DNA from: Methanobacteriota archaeon
Lineage (GTDB): Archaea > Thermoplasmatota > Thermoplasmata > RBG-16-68-12
Length of the DNA: 51,074 nt
Assembly (NCBI GenBank): GCA_005878385.1
Contig: VBMN01000073.1
Span: 1 to 51,074, forward strand
Reading direction: 5' to 3'
Both the position numbers and the translations under genes were made by a program. The notes beneath the pieces are model-generated. The model did no database searches and had not been told where the DNA came from. It saw only the letters and a list, made by a program, of their open reading frames with translations. Positions 43,721 through 50,838 of the stretch are shown here, piece after piece (the first letter of the stretch is position 1; each line of letters starts with the position of its first letter).

Positions 43721-46113
43721 GCCGTCTCCGCGCGAGGAAGGAGGACCGTGACCGTAAACCCGCGCCCCGCCTCGGAGGTGACCTCGAGGGTGCCCCCATG
43801 CTCGGTCACGATATGCTTCGCGAGGAGAAGACCCAAACCGATTCGCTCCCCGTGCGCCTTCGTGGTCGAGAAAGGATCGAAGAGGTGAGCCAGGACCTCG
43901 GGGCTCACCCCGCTCCCCGTGTCCGAGACAACAATCGCGTACGCGCGGGGACGATCCTCGATGCGAACGCGGACGAATCCCTTCGTGGTCGAGTCAATCG
44001 CATTGTCAAGGAGGGTGACGATCACTTGCTGGATCTGGAGGGGGTCGACCTTCGTCAGCGCGGCGATTTCTCCCAGCTCGACCTCGAGGGTCACGCCTTT
44101 CTTCGGCTTCCTCCGAAGTTGTTCGACCGCGGATTCGGCGACGGATCGCAGGTCGGTCTCGATGGCATTGACCTGGCGACTCTTCGAAAGGCTCAGCAAC
44201 TCGCGGATGATCTCTGCCGCGCGACGTCGCTCCGTGTCGATCTTGTTGAGCTTGTCGAGTACGACCGGATCTTTCGCTCGTTTGCTTGCGGCGGACGTCA
44301 AGAGGGAAATGCTCGTGAGGGGTGTATTCAACTCGTGGGCAATGAAACCCGCCAAGTGGCCCATCGTGGCGAGCCGCTCCGCGTCCAAGAGGCGTTCTTG
44401 GCCACGCTTCCGGTCCATCGCCATCGCGACCTGCTCCGCCACGAAGTTCAAAACGCCCTTGTCCTCCTCGCCGAAGCGCACCCCCTCCGCATAGCTCTGG
44501 ACCACGATCACGCCAATCGTCTTCCCTTGGCTCACGAGCGGAGCGCCGACCCAGTCGACGGATGGGGGTCCGACGGAAACGACCTCTCCGTCCCGCACGA
44601 GGCCCTCGAAGACTTCCGGAGAGGCCAGGAGCGGGCGTCCCGTCCGAAGCACGTATTCGGTCAGGCCGCGCCCCAGCTCTTGCCGGGAAGGGGCGCTTTC
44701 CTCTTCGTCCACGAAGTACGGAAAATCCAACGCCTCTGCCGGTTCGTCGTACAAAGCGATGTAAAAGTTCGTGGCGGGCATGAGACCGCCGACGACTTGG
44801 TGAATCTGACTGTACAACTCGGGAAGGTCCTTCGCCGAATTCGCGGCTTCCGAGATCCGATAGACGGCGGACTGGATTGCCTCGGTCTTGCGTCGTTGGG
44901 AGACGTCCATCGCGGAACCGATCACCCTCACCGGGTGTCCGGTCGCATCGTGGAGGACGTAGCCTCGGTCCACGAGGGTCGCATACGTCCCGTCGCGCCG
45001 CCGAAACCGGTACTCCGCGTTCCACACGAAACCGCCGCTGCGGACCAGCTGGTCGATGCTCGTGACGACGCGCTCCTGGTCCTCCGGGTGCAGGTGTTCC
45101 GTCCACCAGGCTCCCGTCGGTTCAATTTCCTCCGGAGGATAGCCGAACACCTTCGAGACATTCTCGTTCACCCACAGGCCGTCCGTCTGGAGGTCCCAGT
45201 CCCATACCACGTCGTTCGTCGCACGGCCAAGGAGCCGGAACCGTTCCTCGCTCCGTCGGAGGGTCTCCTCGGTGCGCATCCGCTCGGACACGTCGAAGGC
45301 GACGCCGATCGTCCCGAGGATCGCGCCCTCCGAGGAACGGAGGGGTTCGAGGTGCACATCATACGTGCGGCCTTGCCAATCGATCTGCGTCGCGACGCCT
45401 TCGCCTGCCAAGGCCCGCCGGTGCGACGCGATCGGCTCCAGGTCGTCGTCGGGGATGTTGAAGTATTCGAAGAGGGTGAGGCCCCGCTCCCGGCTCCGAG
45501 ACGTGTCCAGGGTCCGGAATCCGCCGCCCATCGCGGACGTGACTCGAAGGTCCCGATCCGTGCTCCACAGGAGGACCGGCGCCTGCTGAAGGATCATCCG
45601 GAGGCGCGTCTCGCTCTGAGAGAGGCGCTCCTCGGCCGTCTTCCGTTCCGTGAGGGCTTGCGCCTGGGTCTGTTCGGTCTCGGCGAGGCGACGTCGGTTC
45701 GCCGCCTCCACGATGTGTTCCTGGACGATCGCGGGCAGGAGCTCCGTGTACCGCGGCGTCTTCACGATGTACGAGGTCGCGCCGTACCGGATGGCCTGCA
45801 GGGCGGCTTCCTCCCCGTCCGGCGGAACGACGAAGATCTTCGGGATCTCGGGGAACCGCTCGGCGAGGAGGTGGAGGACCTCGATCCCCGTCGCGTCGCG
45901 GAGCTTGCTGCCAATCACGAGCGCGTCGAAGCGCTGCGTCATCGCCAGATGCAGCGCCTGTTTCCCCGACGCGGCGGTCCGGACCAAACAGCCCTGCCGG
46001 GTCAGGGCAGCCACGCTGAGAATCTGGTGCTCTTCGTTTCCGTCGGCCACGAGGACGGCGAACGGCGTTTCGCCTTTCGTCCCCGCGACCTCGGAGGGAG
46101 TGGTCTGGGCCAT
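43717..46113 (-). CDS. Sensor histidine kinase: N-terminal receiver-like (apparent pseudo-receiver) + 2 PAS + GAF + HisKA + HATPase_c
   Basis: H-box FIAHELNTPL. N/G boxes LLDNAIDST, SDTGSGV, GLGLLLAK. PAS-like WSTDRDLR... and VWDWDLQTD.... GAF-like region ATNFYIALYDE.... The ATG at 46113 (M37 of the track ORF) is the first start downstream of a TATA-like box. Confidence 0.85.
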   Translation of the reverse strand: MAQTTPSEVAGTKGETPFAVLVADGNEEHQILSVAALTRQGCLVRTAASGKQALHLAMTQRFDALVIGSKLRDATGIEVLHLLAERFPEIPKIFVVPPDGEEAALQAIRYGATSYIVKTPRYTELLPAIVQEHIVEAANRRRLAETEQTQAQALTERKTAEERLSQSETRLRMILQQAPVLLWSTDRDLRVTSAMGGGFRTLDTSRSRERGLTLFEYFNIPDDDLEPIASHRRALAGEGVATQIDWQGRTYDVHLEPLRSSEGAILGTIGVAFDVSERMRTEETLRRSEERFRLLGRATNDVVWDWDLQTDGLWVNENVSKVFGYPPEEIEPTGAWWTEHLHPEDQERVVTSIDQLVRSGGFVWNAEYRFRRRDGTYATLVDRGYVLHDATGHPVRVIGSAMDVSQRRKTEAIQSAVYRISEAANSAKDLPELYSQIHQVVGGLMPATNFYIALYDEPAEALDFPYFVDEEESAPSRQELGRGLTEYVLRTGRPLLASPEVFEGLVRDGEVVSVGPPSVDWVGAPLVSQGKTIGVIVVQSYAEGVRFGEEDKGVLNFVAEQVAMAMDRKRGQERLLDAERLATMGHLAGFIAHELNTPLTSISLLTSAASKRAKDPVVLDKLNKIDTERRRAAEIIRELLSLSKSRQVNAIETDLRSVAESAVEQLRRKPKKGVTLEVELGEIAALTKVDPLQIQQVIVTLLDNAIDSTTKGFVRVRIEDRPRAYAIVVSDTGSGVSPEVLAHLFDPFSTTKAHGERIGLGLLLAKHIVTEHGGTLEVTSEAGRGFTVTVLLPRAETA

Positions 46114-46183
46114 GGGTGATCGGTGGGCGGGTGAACCGTCGCGACGAGGGCGCCGCGCGGACCGGATGCCATCCCACCGGCCC

Positions 46184-46193
46184 GTATAAAGGC
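46184..46193 (-). promoter_or_regulatory. TATA-like box upstream of the histidine kinase gene
   Basis: The minus strand reads CCTTTATACG, ~75 nt upstream of the ATG at 46113. It lies downstream of the track ORF's earlier Met codons, which argues against those starts. Confidence 0.35.
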
Positions 46194-46264
46194 CTACCGG
46201 GGACATTCGCGGTTTCGACACTATAGGGCGGGAGGACGGGAGCCGCGATCGGATTCGAACCTCA

Positions 46265-47065
46265 CTATGACGTCCCGGTGACGGCGCGGGTGACCTCGAA
46301 GCCGCCTTCCTCGAACGAGAGGGCGTAGTATCCGGTCTCGTGCTTCGTCGACCGCATCTTCACGACCCGGAGGCGTCGCTGGACGAAGAGGTCGGACGTG
46401 GGATGCATCTCAAGGGCGATGATGCCGTCCGCCAGGTAGGCCTCCTCCGGCGGGGCCGTCCCGCCCCCGAACGTGAGCGGTCGCTCCGAGATCAGGAACG
46501 TGAGCGGGCCGAGGTCCCGCAGCCACTCGAAGAGGAAGTACAACTCGGCCCGGCGGTCTTGCATCTTCGCCATCGTCTCGAGGACGTCGAGGGAATCGAC
46601 GACGAGGACGGAGATCGAATCCGCCTTCATCACGTTGTTGCAGTACATCTTGAAAAGCTCGAGCCAGGTGCCCCGCCCCTGGAGGTAGTTCAAGTTCTTT
46701 CGGATGCTCCCCATGTCGAGGGTCGTGATGTGTCGGGACGCGCGCTCGTCGGCCATGCCCAGGGACGCCATGTGTTCCAGCGTCAGGTCCTTCCCCTGCT
46801 CCAGGGTGAAGTACGCGGACTTGCGGCCGTCGCGGAGAGCGTTCTGATAGAGGATCGAGTAGGCGAAGGACGACTTCATCGTCCCAGGAGCGCCGTTCAG
46901 GAGGACGACGAATCCATCCGGGATTCCGCCGCCAATCACATCGTCCAGGCTTCGCGCGTACGTCTTGATGCGATTCCGCTCCGTCGGTCGACCTCCGAAA
47001 GGCGGATGCAGGGGCCCGACACGTAAGCCTTTCCCTCCCGTTCGCGCGTTGCGCACAATCTTCAA
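46265..47065 (-). CDS. KaiC-like / RecA-superfamily ATPase (single domain) with atypical Walker A
   Basis: SLDDVIGGGIPDGFVVLLNGAPGTMKSSF (Walker A with Met where the last Gly is expected), Walker B VLVVDSLD, C-terminal VVKMRSTKHETGYYALSF. The start is the TTG at 47065 or the GTG at 47056. The track ORF's N-terminal 180 aa are spurious. Confidence 0.75.
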   Translation of the reverse strand: MKIVRNARTGGKGLRVGPLHPPFGGRPTERNRIKTYARSLDDVIGGGIPDGFVVLLNGAPGTMKSSFAYSILYQNALRDGRKSAYFTLEQGKDLTLEHMASLGMADERASRHITTLDMGSIRKNLNYLQGRGTWLELFKMYCNNVMKADSISVLVVDSLDVLETMAKMQDRRAELYFLFEWLRDLGPLTFLISERPLTFGGGTAPPEEAYLADGIIALEMHPTSDLFVQRRLRVVKMRSTKHETGYYALSFEEGGFEVTRAVTGTS

Positions 47066-47071
47066 ATAGAC

Positions 47072-47713
47072 TTGGACCGGTGGTGCCGCGCGTTGGCGGA
47101 CGATGTCCTTGGCGCCATCGCCGCGACGGCGCGTGTGATCGGGGCCCTCGTGCTCCTGTTCTTCCTTCCTGGCTACCTGCTGATCAACGCCCTCTATCCG
47201 CGAAAAGGGGAACTGGACCGGGAGTACGATGGGCTGTACCGACTCACCCTCGGCATCGTCCTGTCGATCGCGGTGACGGTGTTCTGGTCGTTCTTGCTGA
47301 ACTCGTTCGGCGTGAACGGGTCGACGGGACTCGGGTATGTCGTCGGGCCGAACATCGCGGGCGGGCTCATCGGACTCTCGGCGGCGTTCTTCGGCCTCGG
47401 GTGGTGGCGGGGAGCGTATCCCTGGATGGCTCGCCTCCACCCCGCCCTCGCGCGGGTGCCGAAGCCGGGGCCTGGTGAACTGCTCACGGAAGAGGAGAGG
47501 GACCATCGCGTCCGCTTGAAGCTGCAAGAGCTCGCGGAGAAACGAGAGAGTTTGCGGCGGGCAATCAAGGATGCAGAACGCCGGATGCGGATGCAGTCCT
47601 CGGACGCGCGGACCCATTACGAAGAGGTGCGCGACCGCTCCCGCGTGGAACTGAAAGCGGTCGAGGCGAAGCTGAAGGAGCTCGAAGAGGAACGGGCCGC
47701 GGAGCTCTATTGA
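47072..47713 (+). CDS. Membrane protein (DUF1616-like N-terminal TM region) with C-terminal coiled coil
   Basis: TM segments (VIGALVLLFFLPGYLLINALYP..., LTLGIVLSIAVTVFWSFLL, IAGGLIGLSAAFFGLGWW) followed by the charged heptad-like RLKLQELAEKRESLRRAIKDAERR...LKELEEERAAELY. The start is uncertain: TTG at 47072, TTG at 47093 or GTG at 47135. Confidence 0.5.
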   Translation: MDRWCRALADDVLGAIAATARVIGALVLLFFLPGYLLINALYPRKGELDREYDGLYRLTLGIVLSIAVTVFWSFLLNSFGVNGSTGLGYVVGPNIAGGLIGLSAAFFGLGWWRGAYPWMARLHPALARVPKPGPGELLTEEERDHRVRLKLQELAEKRESLRRAIKDAERRMRMQSSDARTHYEEVRDRSRVELKAVEAKLKELEEERAAELY

Positions 47714-47724
47714 GGGGCGGGCCC

Positions 47725-48078
47725 ATGGAGTACAAGCTCGTAATCGCGGTGCGCTCCGACCTCGAGCTGTCGCGGGGCAAGCTGGCGGTCCAGGTCGCCC
47801 ACGCCTCCGTGATGGCGGCCTTCGACGCGAAGGCCCGTCACCGGAAATGGTTCGCGGAATGGTGGGCGGAGGGCCAGAAGAAGGTCGTTGTGAAGGGCGG
47901 CACCCTCGCCGATCTCCACGCCCTCCGGACCAAAGCGCGGTCGATGGGACTCACGACCGCGCTCGTGGAGGACGCCGGCCTCACGGAGCTCCCTCCCGGG
48001 ACGGTCACTTGCTTGGGGATCGGTCCCGGTCCGAACGCGATCGTGGACCAGGTCACGGGCGGCCTGAAGCTGATGTAA
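47725..48078 (+). CDS. pth2: Peptidyl-tRNA hydrolase, archaeal/eukaryotic type (Pth2)
   Basis: MEYKLVIAVRSDLELSRGKLAVQVAHAS...QKKVVVK...VEDAGLTELPPGTVTCLGIGP. Confidence 0.92.
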   Translation: MEYKLVIAVRSDLELSRGKLAVQVAHASVMAAFDAKARHRKWFAEWWAEGQKKVVVKGGTLADLHALRTKARSMGLTTALVEDAGLTELPPGTVTCLGIGPGPNAIVDQVTGGLKLM

Positions 48079-48650
48079 TGAAGGCGAAATCCCGGTTCCT
48101 CGGGATCGACGACGGGCCGTTCCATTTCTCCGACGAATCCGTGCCGATCGTCGGTGTCGTCGTGCAGGCTCCGTCGTACATCGAAGGCGTCCTGACGACG
48201 GTCGCGGAGGTCGACGGCCACGACGGGACGGACCGGATTGCCGCGATGGTGGCCGGCTCACGCCATCGAGCGGGCCTCGCACTCATCATGCTCGACGGAA
48301 CCGCAGTCGGCGGGTTCAACGTGATCGACATGGATGCCCTCCATGCGAAAGTCGGCCGCCCGGTCGCGACGATCACCCGACACAAGCCGGACCTGGCGGC
48401 GATCGAGAGAGCCCTCCGTCGTCGCTTCGACGACTGGGAGGACCGGTTTCGGATCATGCGCCGTCACCAGGTCGAAGGAGTCCGAGTACGCCAGGGAACG
48501 CTCTGGGTTTCGTACGTCGGGACGGACCGAGCTGCGGTGCAAGAGGCCCTCGCCTTGACCACGGTCCGCGGGGTCCTCCCGGAGCCGCTCCGCATCGCGC
48601 ATCTCATCGCGGGAGGCATCACGCGAGGGGAATCGCGTGGCCGGGCCTGA
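48078..48650 (+). CDS. DUF99 (UPF0215) family protein
   Basis: MKAKSRFLGIDDGPF...IVGVVV...ITRHKPD...PEPLRIAHLIAGG. Its ATG overlaps the pth2 TAA by 1 nt (TAATG). The upstream part of the track ORF is out of frame over pth2. Confidence 0.7.
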   Translation: MKAKSRFLGIDDGPFHFSDESVPIVGVVVQAPSYIEGVLTTVAEVDGHDGTDRIAAMVAGSRHRAGLALIMLDGTAVGGFNVIDMDALHAKVGRPVATITRHKPDLAAIERALRRRFDDWEDRFRIMRRHQVEGVRVRQGTLWVSYVGTDRAAVQEALALTTVRGVLPEPLRIAHLIAGGITRGESRGRA

Positions 48651-48685
48651 GTCGACCCTGTCGTGACGAGGACCCGCATCATCGG

Positions 48686-49573
48686 TCAGCGATCGTCATG
48701 GAGGCGGAGGAAATTGCCGACCACCTGCATGTACCGATCCCGTTCCTCCCACATGGGAAGGTGCGAGCTCTTCGGGAAGATGACAAGTTTCGAGCCCCGG
48801 ATCCCTCGATGCAAGGTGCGAGCAATTCGCGGCGTGATCTCGTCATAGCGACCGCCCGTGACCAGGGTGGGCGTGCGGATCCTGGGAAGTTGATCCGTGA
48901 TGTCCCAGTATCGCAGCGAGCCATGGACCGCGAACTCGCTGGGCCCCCACATCGTCCGGTATACAGGGAGACTGAGTTCCGCCATCGATTTCGTCAGCTC
49001 GGGTGGCCAGGTCCGAAGGCGACAGATGTGGCGTCGGTAGAAGACCATCGCCGCCCGCTGATAGGCCGGATCGTCGAAGGCCTCTTGTCGTTCCAGCCGA
49101 GCGATCGTCCGCTGCACTCGGGTCGGCAACTGGGTCACCAGGCGGCGGAGTTCGGCGTTCGCCACCGGGACGCTCGGAAGTCCGCTCGCGATGACGAGGC
49201 TCCGCAGGTGCCGTTGGTACTTGAGGGCATAGGCGATCGCGAGCATGCCCCCGTAGCTGTTCCCCAGGAGATGGATCTTGCCAAGGCCCAAGGCTCGGCG
49301 GAATCCCTCCACCTCTTCGACGGCCCGTTCGATCGTGAAGAGGGACGTGCCTTTCGGTCGGTCGCTCGTCCCACATCCGAGCTGGTCATAGAACACGACC
49401 CGGTAGCCGAACCGCGCGAGGTCCGCGAGGCAGGTGAGGTATCCGTGCGGCACGCCCGGACCGCCATGGAGACAGAGCAGGGTGCCCCGATCCGCTGCGC
49501 CGAACGCCTCCCAGGCCAAGCGATATCCCAGGACCTCGGCGCGGCCTTTCGCGGATGGTCGAACCGTTCCCAT
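48686..49573 (-). CDS. pip: Proline iminopeptidase (alpha/beta hydrolase, S33 family)
   Basis: LLCLHGGPG, YDQLGCGTS, nucleophile elbow LLGNSYGG, C-terminal SSHLPMWEE. Confidence 0.8.
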   Translation of the reverse strand: MGTVRPSAKGRAEVLGYRLAWEAFGAADRGTLLCLHGGPGVPHGYLTCLADLARFGYRVVFYDQLGCGTSDRPKGTSLFTIERAVEEVEGFRRALGLGKIHLLGNSYGGMLAIAYALKYQRHLRSLVIASGLPSVPVANAELRRLVTQLPTRVQRTIARLERQEAFDDPAYQRAAMVFYRRHICRLRTWPPELTKSMAELSLPVYRTMWGPSEFAVHGSLRYWDITDQLPRIRTPTLVTGGRYDEITPRIARTLHRGIRGSKLVIFPKSSHLPMWEERDRYMQVVGNFLRLHDDR

Positions 49574-49627
49574 GGGGATTCGGCCGCGGCCATCGCGGCC
49601 ACCGGGCTATAGTTTTCGGGCCGACCG

Positions 49628-50662
49628 TCAGCGGATGGCGAACCGGAGCAAGGCGGCGATGCCGCCGAGCGCCTCGAGCTTCTGTCCGGCTTCGTGGTGT
49701 CGGCTCACGAGGACGACGGTGCCGCGAGCCGACTCGACGGTCCTCATCATCTCCTCGATCCCGGGATCCCGCACGACCGCGTCGCTCACGAGGAGGGTCT
49801 CAATGGCTCCCGAGTCCGCGGCTTCCTGCACCTCCGCCGGACCGTACGCAACGGGCCGGTCCGTCGCGATCGCCTCCAGGAGTTTCTCGACCAGACGCGT
49901 CTCGATGCCGACGCGGCTGTCCCCGAACACCTTCGCGCCGACGCCGGCCTTGAGGGCTTCCTGGATCCCTTGCATCCCCGGATGGGCGGTCCCGTGGACG
50001 TGCACCTTCGCCGCGAGACCGGGATCGCGGGCCTTGAGAAACTCGACGAACGCCTCGCGGGTGAAACCGGGTCCGACGACCACGAGAGCCTCGCCCAAAT
50101 CGGTCGCCCGGAGCGAGGTCAGGATGTCCTCGAAGAAGGCTGTCCGCGCGTCCCCGGTGGGGAACATCTTCCCGTGGCTCGGAGCGCGGACGGTCGCGAG
50201 CTCCCGCACGCCATACTGGCGCAATTGGGCGGTGAGGGCTTCCTCGTCGTCGAGGGCCAGGAACGCGACGAGCGGCTTCTGTGCCGCCGCGACGGCCTCG
50301 TCGATCCGACGGAGTTCATGCGGCTTCCACGTCTTGAGGATCGAGAGCACGTCCTCCACGCCGATGTTCAGAGTGTGATGGCGACCCAGGTCTTGCGGCC
50401 CCTCGACGATCACGCCCGTGATCCGGATGCGGTCGGAGAACGCCTGGAACTCGACCCCCTCGACCCGGATCGTGAGCGTGACGCGGACCTTCTCCCCGCG
50501 TTCCGGCCGGACCTTGTCCGACTTCACTTCCTCCCGACGGGTCGTGGAGGCGCGCACCAGGTCCCCGGGGAGCAGGAGGTTGTGGAGATGCCACAGGTCA
50601 TCCGGGTTCTCCACGCGGAGCTTGATCTCCCCCGTCTTCGGGTCGCGGTGGAGGACGCGCAT
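49628..50662 (-). CDS. pelA: Pelota (Dom34-like mRNA surveillance / ribosome rescue factor)
   Basis: MRVLHRDPKTGEIKLRVENPDDLWHLHNLLLPGDLV, central VVGPGFTRE, C-terminal eRF1-domain-3-like region. The ATG at 50662 is M24 of the track ORF. Confidence 0.9.
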   Translation of the reverse strand: MRVLHRDPKTGEIKLRVENPDDLWHLHNLLLPGDLVRASTTRREEVKSDKVRPERGEKVRVTLTIRVEGVEFQAFSDRIRITGVIVEGPQDLGRHHTLNIGVEDVLSILKTWKPHELRRIDEAVAAAQKPLVAFLALDDEEALTAQLRQYGVRELATVRAPSHGKMFPTGDARTAFFEDILTSLRATDLGEALVVVGPGFTREAFVEFLKARDPGLAAKVHVHGTAHPGMQGIQEALKAGVGAKVFGDSRVGIETRLVEKLLEAIATDRPVAYGPAEVQEAADSGAIETLLVSDAVVRDPGIEEMMRTVESARGTVVLVSRHHEAGQKLEALGGIAALLRFAIR

Positions 50663-50722
50663 CGACCTCGGGCCATGGAGGGAGACCGTATTTCTGGATA
50701 TCGAAGGTGGACGGAGGCACGT

Positions 50723-50738
50723 CGTTAGCATGCTAACG
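50723..50738. repeat. 16-nt perfect palindrome CGTTAGCATGCTAACG upstream of pelota
   Basis: Exactly self-complementary, 61-76 nt upstream of the pelota ATG. It contains the ATG that the track used as an ORF start. Confidence 0.6.
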
Positions 50739-50785
50739 GCGTCCGTACCAGGCGGATGCTCGCTCGGTCGGGAGGACCCGGGGTA

Positions 50786-50808
50786 CTTTCACCGACCCCA
50801 AGTGAAAG
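50786..50808 (+). repeat. Perfect palindrome CTTTCAC-N9-GTGAAAG abutting a TATA box
   Basis: 50786-50792 pairs with 50802-50808 (7 bp). It lies immediately 5' of the TATA element at 50809-50821. Confidence 0.6.
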
Positions 50809-50821
50809 GCTATAATATAGC
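50809..50821 (+). promoter_or_regulatory. TATA box (palindromic GCTATAATATAGC) for the leaderless gene starting at 50839
   Basis: Centred 24 nt upstream of the ATG at 50839. Confidence 0.5.
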
Positions 50822-50838
50822 TACACCTATAGAAATGC

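Noticed and set aside
43798-46119. 773-aa plus-strand ORF
   Set aside because: It is exactly antisense to the well-supported histidine kinase gene. The composition is Arg/Gly/Asp-rich and low in complexity, and I recognised no motifs. This is a typical shadow ORF of high-GC coding DNA.
46251-46261. GGTTCGAATCC (minus strand), the consensus tRNA T-arm/loop sequence, just after the KaiC-like stop; considered as a tRNA or a tRNA-fragment att site
   Set aside because: The flanking bases give only a 2-bp T stem (tgaGG/CCgat). No acceptor, D or anticodon arms can be drawn, and no integrase or direct repeat is nearby.
47066-47617. N-terminal ~180 aa of track ORF 46265..47617
   Set aside because: It is Arg/Pro/Glu-rich with no motif, and it is antisense to the divergent membrane-protein gene. 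The KaiC-like homology starts near 47000.
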